Below, piece after piece: positions 19,775 through 29,482 of a stretch of DNA of 64,000 bases (its first letter is position 1; every line of letters starts with the position of its first letter). Origin of the DNA: an uncultured Chloroflexia bacterium (lineage in GTDB: Bacteria > Chloroflexota > Limnocylindria > Limnocylindrales > CSP1-4); assembly GCA_963706695.1 (NCBI GenBank), contig CAVPNC010000020.1:72372-136371 (forward strand), read 5' to 3'. The translations under genes were made by a program, and so were the position numbers. Below the pieces are notes generated by a model. The model had not been told where the DNA came from. It did no database searches and saw only the letters and a list, made by a program, of their open reading frames with translations.

Positions 19775-20832
19775 TCAGGCCTCTCTCCCCTCGCCGATCT
19801 CGACCATCACCTTCAGGGCCTCGCCGGCCGCGACCGTGCGGAAGACCTGCTCGACCTCGTGGAGCGGGAAGGTGTGGGTCACGATCAGGTCAGGGTCGAT
19901 CTGTCCACGCTCGAGCAGCTGCAGTGCCCGCAGGTGGTAGTCGGGGTGGTAGCTGAACGAGCCGATGACCCGGATCTCGTCGTAGTGGATGCGGTTGGCA
20001 TCGAGCTCGGTCATGGGCGACGCCTTGGGCAGGCCTCCGAAGAGGACCACGGCGCCCTTCTTGCGCACGGCCTCCACGGCCTGCTGGTGGGTCGCGGCGA
20101 CGGGGTTGGCGCAGATGGCGCTGTCGGCGCCCAGGCCGTCCGTGAAGGCCCTCGTCTCAGCCACCACATCCTGCTGACGAGGGGTCGAGCAGGAGGTCCG
20201 GCTTGAAGCGGCGCGGCCATCTCGCGGCGCAGGGCATTGGGCTCGCTCAGGATCACGCGCGCACCGCGCAGGTGGGCGATGGCGGTGTGCAGGCAGCCGA
20301 TCGGCCCGGCGCCCATGACCAGGACGGTGTCGCCGAGCCTGGTGCCGATGTCCTGGTGACAGGCCTGCACGGAGCTGAGCGGCTCACCCAGCGCGCCCTG
20401 GGTCCAGCTCAGGGCTGCCGGCATCTTGTGGATGGTGCCGCCCGCGAGCGCATGGGCCGGCAGCACGCAGTATTCGGCCAGCCCGCCCATGAAGCCGGGG
20501 GTGATGCCGATCATGGTCATGTCGTCGCAGAGGTTGAAGAGCCCGACGCTGCAGTACCAGCACTTGAGGCAGTGCACATCCGGCGCGACCGCGAGGCGAT
20601 CGCCCACGGCGTAGTCGATGACCTCTGAGCCGACCGCCACGACCTCGCCCGCGAACTCGTGGCCGGGCACGGTGATGCCGCCGCCAGCCGGGCCTTCCTT
20701 GTAGCGACGCAGGTCGGAGCCGCACACGCCACACGCTCGCACCTGCAGCAGCACGCCATCCACGGGGCAATCCGGGACGGGCAGGTCGACCAGCTCGATG
20801 GTCTCGGGGCCGGTCAGCTGTGCGGCTTTCAC
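19775..20832 (-). pseudogene. Zinc-dependent alcohol/polyol dehydrogenase (MDR family), two frame breaks near 20205 and 20178
   Basis: GTG start at 20832. The N-terminal part carries GHEFAGEVV, the CxxCxxC-type structural Zn site and GAGPIG. It continues via a short third-frame stretch (RFKPDLLLDPS) into ORF 19775..20167. Confidence 0.75.
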
Positions 20833-21421
20833 GAGCTCTGCTCTCCTTGATCTTGTGGCCGACGGCACCGCCGGGATGGGTCTCGCCGAAGTCGTCGACG
20901 GAATAGCCGCGCAGCTCCAGCAGGGCCACGCAGATGGCGTCGCAGAAGGCTGCGTTGAAGAGCGAGCTACCGGTGGCCACCATGCCGAAGGGGTCCACGC
21001 CCTCCGGCGCGGTCACGTGCAGCACGATGTCAGCCAGGCGGGCCAGGCTGGACGCCGGCTTCTCGGTGATGGCCACGACCGTGGCGCCGCGCTTGCGGGC
21101 GATGCCGGCGAGGAAGATGACCTCCGTCGTCTCGCCACCCTTGCTCAGGCCGATCCAGACGTCGCCCTCGGCCACCGCGCCGGAGGCTCCGTGCTGGCTG
21201 TCGCCGGGGTGCAGGAACAGCGCCGGTGTGCCCACGCAGCTGAGCAGGTGGGCGAAGCGCAAGGCCACCGCGTGCGAGGTGCCCGAGCCCGACACGAGGA
21301 CCTTGCCCTCGCACTCGAGCAGGGCCTGCACCGCCTCGACGAAGGTCTCGTCGAGCTGGCCGGCGACGCTCGCTACGGCAGCGCTCTCGCGCTCGATGAC
21401 CTCGATGCCCAGCTGGCGCAC
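20829..21421 (-). CDS. SIS-domain sugar-phosphate isomerase (KpsF/PHI-like, about 195 aa); 3' end uncertain
   Basis: GTG start at 21421; motifs VSGSGTSHAVA and GLSKGGET. The frame has no stop until 20384. A TGA at 20829-20831 forms a GTGA overlap with the next gene but needs a 1-nt shift near 20845. Confidence 0.65.
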
Positions 21422-21436
21422 GGCAGCACGAGTCCA

Positions 21437-22400
21437 TCACGCGTTCTCCAGCAGCTTGCCGGCCGTGACCGAATCGGTGATGAGCACGTTGATGAGCTGG
21501 CCCGCGAGCGCGGCACGGATGGCGGCCACCTTCTGGGGACCACCGGAGACGCCCACGACCTTGGGCACCCGCTTGATCTGCTCCAGGGTCATGCCGATGA
21601 TGCGGTCGTTGATCTCCGACTCGATGCACTCGCCCGCAGCGTCGTAGTAGCGCAGCGCGATGTCACCGACGGTGCCCTTGCGCAGCAGGTCGTCCAGCTC
21701 TGCCCGGCTGATGATCGAGCCGTCACGCATGGTCACCGAGTCGGTGGTCGGCGCGCCGATGCCGACGAAGGCGATGTCGAGGTCATCGAAGGCCTCCACG
21801 GCGCGCTGTACATGCACGTCGGCGAGGAGCGCCTTGCGCGTGCGCTGGTCGGCGACGATGCCCGGGACCGGCAGCAGGGTCAGGCGGCAATCGAGCGCGC
21901 GCGCCATGGTGCGGCACAGCTCGGTGGCGTGGACCTCGGCATCGGGCTGGCCGATGCCGCCGATGATCTGCACCACCTCCGCGTCGGGGAAGCGGCTGCG
22001 AAGCCATGCCCGCGACCATGTACCGCAGGGTGTCGCCCCAGCACATGCCGATGGTGCTGCGGCTGGAGATGACGCGGGTGACGTAGCCGGCGGCGGCGCT
22101 GCCGACGGCCCGGCTGACCTGGCCCTGGGAGTCGCCCGGCTGAGCGCCGACGACCATCGCCTCCTGCAGTCCGAAGCGCTCCTGCAGCCCGCTCTCGAGG
22201 TCGATGAAGAGGTCGTCGGGCTCGACCACGGTGATCTGCACGACGCCCGTCTCGCGAGCCTGGGCCATGAGCCGGGAGACCTTCGACCGCGACAGGCCAA
22301 GGCGCTCGGTGATGGCGTCCTGGTTGAGGCCGTCCTCGTAGTAGAAGCGGGCCACCTTGACCAGCAGGCGCAGCTCCTCGTTCGTCGGTTTCGATGCCAT
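21437..22400 (-). pseudogene. SorC/DeoR-type sugar-binding transcriptional regulator, one frame break near 22003
   Basis: The N-terminal HTH (VKVARFYYEDGLNQDAITERLGLSRSKVSRLM, ORF 21783..22442, start ATG 22400) continues in ORF 21437..22300 from RFPDAEVVQIIGGIG. Confidence 0.8.
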
Positions 22401-22423
22401 CACGCTGAAAGAAATCCCACTAG

Positions 22424-22470
22424 TGAGAATATTCTCAGGCACCCTAGCATGGTGGGCAAGCCAGCGTCAA
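22424..22470 (-). promoter_or_regulatory. Predicted sigma-70-type promoter with an overlapping 14-bp palindromic operator, upstream of the SorC regulator
   Basis: The minus strand reads TTGACG (22470-22465), an 18-nt spacer, TAGGGT (22446-22441), 3 nt, then TGAGAATATTCTCA (22437-22424). The start codon is at 22400. The same architecture recurs at 26904-26950. Confidence 0.6.
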
Positions 22471-22504
22471 CCGATTCGCGCAAACGAATGCATGGACGCT
22501 GGCG

Positions 22505-23426
22505 CTACCAGCCGACGCCGGGAATGGCGTAGCCGTTGGGGTACTCGGGGCTGAGCTGCCACTCGGCGATGCGCTCGGCCAGCTTGAGGACGGCCAGGCC
22601 GTCCTCGGCCGAGCGGTCCGCCGAGGGCACCATGGGCGCGCTCTCGATGGTGCAGTAGCCCGTGTAGCCGGTCTTGATGAGGGCGCGCATGACCGCGTTC
22701 CAGTCGGTCTTGCCGTAGCCGGGCGTGAGCGAGTTGGAGTCGCGGAAGTGCCCGTGCCAGAGATAGGGCTGGGCGTCCATCACGGCCTCGTACGAGCCCA
22801 GCTCCTCGAGGTTGACGTGGAAGAAGTCGAGCTGGATGCCGATGTTGTCGCGGCCGGTGAGCTCGATGATCCGCTTGTGGTTGGAGGCGGTGTTCACGAA
22901 CTTGCCCATCTCGAGGTGGTTCGTGGCCTCGAACACGAGCTTGATGCCGCGAGTCCTCGCGTGGTCGCTCATGCGCTGCAGCGACGCCACGGCCACGGCC
23001 GTGGCGTCGTCCACGTTGGCGGCGGTGATGGGCGCATGGACGGCGGTGGCCAGGGTCACCGACATGGCGCCCAGCTCGGCCGCGAAGTCGATGGTGCTCC
23101 TTGGTCTCGCTGACCGCCAGCTCGGCCGTCTCCGGCTCGGTCAGGGTCTTGAAGTCGGGGGAGTAGGGGTCCCACATCTCGCCCCAGCACTCGTTGACGT
23201 TGGAGACCTCCAGGCCGAAGTCCGCCGTCAGCTGCTTGTGCCTGGCGAGGTAGTCCTCCATCGAGACGCCCAGGCCGTAGCGACCCTTGGGCGGGCAGAT
23301 CTCGATGGCGTCGTAGCCGCAGCGCGTGAGCCGCTCATAGGTCAGGTGCGGCTTGAGGTAGGCCTCCTCCTGCCCGAAGGTGAGCTGGAAGTAGCTGTAC
23401 TTGAACGGGGTTCGCGTGGTCGACAT
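22505..23426 (-). pseudogene. Sugar phosphate isomerase/epimerase (xylose-isomerase-like TIM barrel), one frame break near 23097
   Basis: ATG at 23426 follows GGAGGAGGGAG. The N-terminal part in ORF 22467..23444 continues (TIDFAAELGAMSVTL...) in ORF 22505..23065. Confidence 0.75.
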
Positions 23427-23459
23427 CGGGGCTCCCTCCTCCATGTCGCCCGGAACGGC

Positions 23460-23997
23460 TCAGTCCTCGGGCGGGTAGACCTTCTCCGGTGGATGACGGC
23501 GCGCCGGCCGCTGGATGAGCTCGAGGGTCACGCCGTACACCGCCTCGGTGTCGATGTAGGCGTAGTGGCCGTCGCCGTCGGGCCCGAAGCCCGAGCCGTC
23601 CATGATCATCTGGAAGCCGGCCGCCTCGGCCTGGGCCAGGGCCTCCGCCATGTCGTCGACGAGCACGCCCAGGTGCTGGATGCCGAAGCCGTGCTCCTGC
23701 ACGAAGTCGGCATAGACCGTGGGCCCCTCCACCATCTCGATGAGCTCGATGCGCATCGAACCGAAGTACGAGAGCGCGACACGCATGCGGTACTCGCACG
23801 GTTGGCCGTAGTACGACATCTGCGTGCACAGCCCGGTGCCGTAGGTGTAGAAGTGCCAGCCACCGATGCCGAAGGTGCGGTGATACATCTCGACGGTGCG
23901 GTCGAGGTCCTTGACCACGAAGGCGATCTGGGCGATGCCGTTGTCGAGGAACGGAAGCGGCGCCTCCGGTCGCGAGCGCAGGCTCTGGGGAGTCCAT
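23460..23997 (-). pseudogene. VOC (glyoxalase/bleomycin-resistance fold) family protein; 5' end disrupted or uncertain
   Basis: ORF 23460..23918 starts inside the first beta-strand (GIAQIAFVVKDLDR reads in frame upstream with no ATG/GTG/TTG). The only start is ATG 23997, in another frame, which implies a shift near 23960. Confidence 0.6.
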
Positions 23998-24004
23998 CGA
24001 GCGC

Positions 24005-25295
24005 CTACCCGTAGAGGGCGTCCTGGAGACGCCGCAGACGGGCCACGAAGGTCGACTCGTCGACGCTCACGTCGTCCTCGGTGATGGTGGCGCCCTTGGC
24101 GATGGGTCGCTTGGCGATGGCCCTCGCGCCGATGCCGATGGGTACCGCCTTGGCCGCCCGGGCCTCCGCATAGGTCATGACCTTGCCGTACCAGTCAGGT
24201 CCACCGATGCCGTCGAGCGTCGCTCCGGGCTCGATGTCGCGCTTGGCCGTGCACACGACCTCCGCGTGCATCTGCTCGGGGGTGACCGTGACCTCCTGCA
24301 GCAGGACCGCCTCGGCCACCGACTGGGGCGTCTCGAGGTCGCACAGGTGGTAGGGCCGGAAGTGCAGGTAGTAGGGCCCGTCCGCGTGGGTGATGAACTT
24401 CATCTCCTTGCGGATGCGCTGGTCGTACGAGCGCACGACCGCGAAGACCCCGGGCGCGATGTCGCCGGTGGAGTAGTCCACGCAGCCAGGCTGCGAGAGG
24501 ATGCCGCCGTCGGCCTCGCGGGATGAAGGTGGAGACGAGCTCGTCGATCTCGACCTTGGGGCCGTGCATGCCGGGCACGTCAGGCACCAGGCCCGGTGGC
24601 GTTGGAGACCGCAGCCATCTCCACCATCGTCTTGGTGCCGTCCTTGAAGGCGCTGAGCATCTTGGGGTTCATGCCCTTGGTGGCAGCTTCGGCCACGCAG
24701 GCCTCGGGCGTGGCCGCCAGGTCGATGGTGTTGTTCTTGCCCTTGCCCAGGGTCACCACCTCGAAGCCCATCAGCAGCGCCTGCTCCCAGAGCATCTTGA
24801 GCACGCCCGGCTCGTCGCCCGAGGCCACGGTGTAGACGGAGCCCATCTTGCGCGCCAGGCGATCGAGGTAGACGCCGATGGTGATGTCGGTCTCGACGTT
24901 CATCATGATCACCGGCTTGCGGTTCATGATCGCGTCGTGGGCCACGCGCGCACCCACGTCGGGCACACCGGTGACCTCCACGATGGCCTCCAGGCCTTCG
25001 AGCTGAGGCAGGGCCAGGGCGTCAGGCGTGACCACCGCCGACCCTGCGCGGATGCCGTCCTCGGCCGCGTCCAGGTCCTCGGCGACCTCGATCTCCAGCA
25101 GCCTCGCGACCCATCTCGCCGATAGGTGGTGAGGCCACGCTGCGGGTCCAGGTCGGCGATGGCAGCGACGCGCATGCCCTCGATGTTGTTGATGGCGTGG
25201 GCCAGGCCGGAGCCCATCTGCCCACAGCCGACGATGCCGATGCGGATGGGATCGTCCGCGGCGGCGCGCTGCCTGAGCTTGCTTACGAGCTCCAT
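24005..25295 (-). pseudogene. Second SAF-domain NAD(P)-dependent oxidoreductase (paralog of 18427..19773), three frame breaks near 25110, 24595 and 24518
   Basis: Four ORF pieces (24924..25295, 24580..25035, 24195..24587, 24005..24481) concatenate into one COG4091-like protein. ATG 25295 is preceded by AGGAG. Confidence 0.75.
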
Positions 25296-25319
25296 CGATA
25301 ACTCCTGTGTGTCACCGGG

Positions 25320-26869
25320 CTAGCTCGAGCGCAGACGGGCTAGTTCGACGAAGTCCTGGCGCAGGTCCTGGTAGACCTGCTTGAAGAGCGCGAACCGCTC
25401 CATGTAGCGCGCGTGCGCCTCCGGGTCGGGCTCCATGGGGTCGATCGTGGTGGCCCAGTCCTTGGCCACGGAGAAGTCGGCGAAGACGCCGGTCGCGACG
25501 CCGGCGAGGATGGCGTCGCCATAGGGCGCACCGGCCCGTCGCTCGAGCAGGACCGTGCCCACGTCGAAGACGTCGGTGATGATGCGGCGCCAGAGCACGG
25601 ACTTGGCCCCGCCCTCGTTGAGCACGAGCGGGTAGTTCACCGTGAGCCCGGCAGCGCTGAGCGTCTCGAAGGAGTGGTAGAGCGCGAAGGCGACGCCCTC
25701 CATGGCCGCGCGCACGACGTGGCCCTTGGTGTGGTTGAGCGAGAGCCCGAAGATCACGCCCGGGCGTTGACGTCCCAGATGGGCGTGCGCTCACCCATGA
25801 GATAGGGCAGGAACAGCAACCCATCCGCGCCCGGCGGCACGGCCGCGGCCTGCTGGTTGAGGGCGTCGTAGACGTCAGGCCCGCCGGCCCTCTCCTGCTC
25901 CAGCTCGAGGGCGGAGAACTCGTCGCGCAGGTAGCGCAGCGTCTGCCCGCCGGTCGTGGTCGTGGGCACCGTGATGTAGGTGTCGTGCGAGTCCACGGTG
26001 TAGGGGAAGTTGATCGACGACGCGCCCGACTCGCTGAAGAGGAAGTCGCGCGAGCGGTGGATGATGCCGAAGTTGCCGGCCGTGCCCAGGTTCATCTGGA
26101 TATCGCCCGGCTCCACGGCGCCGCCCTGCATCCAACCCGCGTTGCAGTCCACCTGGCCACCGGCCACGCTGGTCCCCGGCGCCAGGCCGCACTCGGCCGC
26201 GGCGGCAGCGGTGACCTCGCCGATGACGTCTTCGCAGCGACACAGCTCCGGCATCAGCGCCGGGTCGATGCCCATGGCCTCGAGCAGGTCAGTGTCGAAA
26301 CGCTGGTCGAGGATGTCGTAGACGCCGAAGAAGGGGGCTGCGCTGTAGTGCGCGGTCGATCGACCCGTGAGCTTGAAGTTGATGAAGCCGTCGATGGTCA
26401 GGACCTTGGCGATGGACCGGTAGCGCTGCGGGTGGTTGTTCTTCTCCCACAGCACGTTCACGACCACGGGGTGGTCCTCGAGGCGATTGGCCGTGATGGC
26501 AAAGATGCGCTCGGCACCGACGTGCTCGCTGACCCAGGCGACCTCGGCGGTGGCCCGCCGGTCCATGAGGTTGTAGGCCCGTGGGAGCGGCTGGCCATCG
26601 TGGTCGACCAGGACGACCGAGGGGAGCGCGGAGGAGGTGGCCACGCCCCGGATCTCGGCCGGGTCCACGCCGGTCTCGGCGAGGACCTTTCGGACCAATC
26701 GGCAGAAGGCGTCCCAGTAGCGGGGCGCGTCATGCTCCGACCACCCCGGGTGGTCGGTGTAGATGGGGTACTCCTCATAGGCATAGCCGAGCTGCTCGCC
26801 CGACGCGTCGATGAGCGCCACCTTGGCACCACCGGTGCCGTAGTCCGCGCCCAACAGGAAGTCAGCCAT
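25320..26869 (-). pseudogene. FGGY-family carbohydrate kinase split by a 1-nt deletion in a G-run at about 25757
   Basis: ORF 25754..26869 ends ...[12 protein letters not shown] 25320..25757 begins (V)[11 protein letters not shown]. Adding one G restores the canonical [15 protein letters not shown]. Confidence 0.85.
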
Positions 26870-26903
26870 GAGGGTCCATGATTGTTGGGAATTCTTTCGC
26901 TTC

Positions 26904-26950
26904 TGAGAATATTCCCAGCCACGCTAGCACGGTCCGGGACTGCGAGTCAA
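26904..26950 (-). promoter_or_regulatory. Second copy of the promoter/operator module, upstream of the FGGY kinase at the head of the locus
   Basis: The minus strand reads TTGACT (26950-26945), an 18-nt spacer, TAGCGT (26926-26921), 3 nt, then TGGGAATATTCTCA (26917-26904). It matches 22424-22452 at 25 of 29 nt. The start codon is at 26869. Confidence 0.6.
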
Positions 26951-27288
26951 TGGCGACGGGACCGTGGGCGCAAGGCGCACTGGTAGCCCGGCGACACGCG
27001 CGACACCGGGACCGCCCTCCCCTCTCGTGACCAGCACGCAGGTCGATCTGGCTTCCTTGATACCCGCCGCCATCGGCCCCGCGCCGCCGCGCCGCGCGAA
27101 CGCCGACGCGCTCTGCTCACCACATGAGCGATCTCGACCAGCCTGTGCCCCGATCTGCAGGTCTCGCTCACGCGACGAGCAGCCATGACGCCACTGATCG
27201 CGACGCGAGCAGAATCGGCACGTTCGATGTCCGACGCGTCGAGTTTGCTCGCCGGGTGAGCAGCACCCCAACCGTGGTGTCCTGCCGC

Positions 27289-28577
27289 CTAGGCCACCTC
27301 GGCAGGTGCGGCGACGGCCGCGCGGGCGAGCTCGGCCGGCACCACGTCACGGTCAGCGTCTCGCTCCCAGACCGCGTCCGACCAGCGGCTGAGCACGATG
27401 GCAACCACGCACACCAGCACACCCGAGACCGCGAACGGCGTGACCGAGCCGTCGTAGGCCGCATCGATGAGCGCGCCGATGAGCGCACCCCCGAGCGTGG
27501 CCACCGCACCGATGATGGCGGAAGCGGTGCCCGCCACCCGGCCCATCGGCATCATCGCGGCCGAGTTGACGTTGGGCATGGCGAACGAGTGCGCCACGAG
27601 GATGGGCAGGATCGTCAGCAGATAGAGCCAGAACGGCGGATGCCCGTCGAGGGCGATCGCGGCACCGGCGAAGGCCAACGTGGCCACCAGGTACGCGAGC
27701 AACGCGTAGCGCACCATCCGGCGTAGCCCGAAGCGATCGATGAGGCGTGGGTTGAAGAGCATGGCCGCGCCGAGCATCAACGATGCTCCGCCGAAGATCG
27801 AGCGGGAACCAGCTGCCCAGGCCGAAGACATCGCCGACGATGAGCTCGCGTCGAGGCGATGTACGAGGCGAACCACCCAAAGAGCGCCATCTGCGCGAGC
27901 ATGAAGCCCATCGCGAAGCGACTGCTGAGGACCAGGCGCCCGGCGGCCACCAGTCGTGGCAGGCGCAGCGGGATGCGTCGCTCCGGCGGGAGGGTCTCAG
28001 GCAGTCGGGTCGCCCACAGACCCGTGATCAGGGCGGCCCCGGCGAAGAAGGCGAAGACCCACTGCCAGTCGCCGACCCTGAGCACGGCCGCGCCGACCGA
28101 GGGCGCCACCATCGGCACCAGCAGGAAGACGGCCATGATGTAGGAGAGCACCTTCGCCATCTGGTCGCCGCGATAGCGGTCGCGGATCGCGCCCTGGGTG
28201 AAGATGCGGATGGCCGCAGCGCCAACGCCGCCCACGAACCGCAGCAGCAGCAGGCCTGGCAGGCTGGGCGCGAAGGCAGCGGCGATGGCGGCCAGGGCGT
28301 AGATCGAGAGCCCGATCCAGAGGATGCGCTTGCGGCCGAGCGAATCGGAGAGCGGGCCCCACAGCAGCTGCCCCAGGCCGAAGCCGACCAGGAACACGGT
28401 CACCACCGGCGCCACCGCGCTCGAGTCCGGGTCGAGCCCGAACTCCGCCCGCATCTGGCCGAAGGCCGGCAACATCATGTCGATGGCCAGGGCGGTGAGG
28501 GCCATGAGCATCGAGATGAGCACGATGAACTCGCGCTTGCCCATCGAGGGACGGGATGTGTCGGAAGGCGTGGTCAA
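27289..28577 (-). pseudogene. MFS transporter (Bcr/CflA drug-resistance subfamily), two frame breaks near 27845 and 27799
   Basis: ORF 27777..28577 (GPLSDSLGRKR motif) continues through ELIVGDVFGLGSWFPL (third frame) into ORF 27289..27876 (IFGGASLMLGAAMLF...). Confidence 0.8.
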
Positions 28578-28729
28578 GCGGATCTCCTGGAAGCACCGGC
28601 GAGCTCGGCACCTGGACGCGGCTGCCCTGCTTCAAGCATATAGTCTCGCGGGCGATGCGGCCGGAGGGCCGCTTGGCCGCTCCTTGCGTGACTCGAGGCC
28701 CCGAGGTGACCCCCTCGGTGGCTGGACGC

Positions 28730-29449
28730 CTACTCCTCGTCGAGCTCCAGCGGCGTGCCCACCGAACGGCGCGCCGAACGCGCCACGCGCAGGAAGTTGA
28801 TCACGTGCGAGAACGGCGAGATGTGCGAGCCGGCGTCCTCGTAGATGGTGGGGATGGGCACCCAGTCGATGGTCAACCCGGCCCGGATGGCGTCCGTGAT
28901 CATCTCGACCTCGAACTCGAAGCCGGCCTCCTGGCTCTCGAGCAGATGCGGCAGCAACGGCCGCGCGATGAGCCGGTAGCCCGACTGGTTGTCCTCGATA
29001 TGACGGCCGACGGCCCAGCTGAACGTGCGGGTGCCGAGGTTGTTGGCGATCCGCCGCGAGAGCGGCATCAGGCTGAAGTCGCGTCGCCCGATGATCAGTG
29101 GCGCCCCGCGCTCATGCCAGGCAGCCAGGAAGTCGGGGGCGCAGGCAGGCTCATGCTGCCCGTCGGCATCGAGCGTGAGCACGGCCTTGGCGCCGGCGTC
29201 GAGCGCGTGCCGGAAGCCACGGCGAAGGGCGGCACCCTTGCCCTGGTTCGGTTCCTGTCGCAGGACCTCGGCGCCGGCCGCCCTAGCCACCACCGAAGTG
29301 TCGTCGGTCGAGCCGTCATCGACCACGACCACGGGCAGGTGCTCGAGCGTCGCCCGCACCACCGCCTCGAGGGTCCGAGCGGCTTGATAGGCAGGGATGA
29401 CCGCGACCACATCGGAGGACCTCGGTTCGGCCATCGGCTCGCTGTTCAC
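28730..29449 (-). CDS. Family-2 glycosyltransferase
   Basis: Intact 239-aa ORF with VVAVIPAYQ, VVVVDDGSTDDT, LDADGQH and NQSGYR motifs. A small hairpin (ccgagg tgaccc cctcgg, 28701-28718) follows the stop. Confidence 0.8.
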   Translation of the reverse strand: MNSEPMAEPRSSDVVAVIPAYQAARTLEAVVRATLEHLPVVVVDDGSTDDTSVVARAAGAEVLRQEPNQGKGAALRRGFRHALDAGAKAVLTLDADGQHEPACAPDFLAAWHERGAPLIIGRRDFSLMPLSRRIANNLGTRTFSWAVGRHIEDNQSGYRLIARPLLPHLLESQEAGFEFEVEMITDAIRAGLTIDWVPIPTIYEDAGSHISPFSHVINFLRVARSARRSVGTPLELDEE

Positions 29450-29482
29450 GAACCCATCGTATGACGTGCGGGGCCGCGACCT

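Noticed and set aside
26951-27288. 338-bp stretch without a convincing gene between the sugar locus promoter and the MFS gene; I looked for a tRNA, small RNA or regulator remnant
   Set aside because: I found no cloverleaf-like structure or conserved RNA motif, and no protein-like reading in any frame (ORFs 26924..27271- and 27124..27726+ are low-complexity). I cannot exclude a degraded gene.
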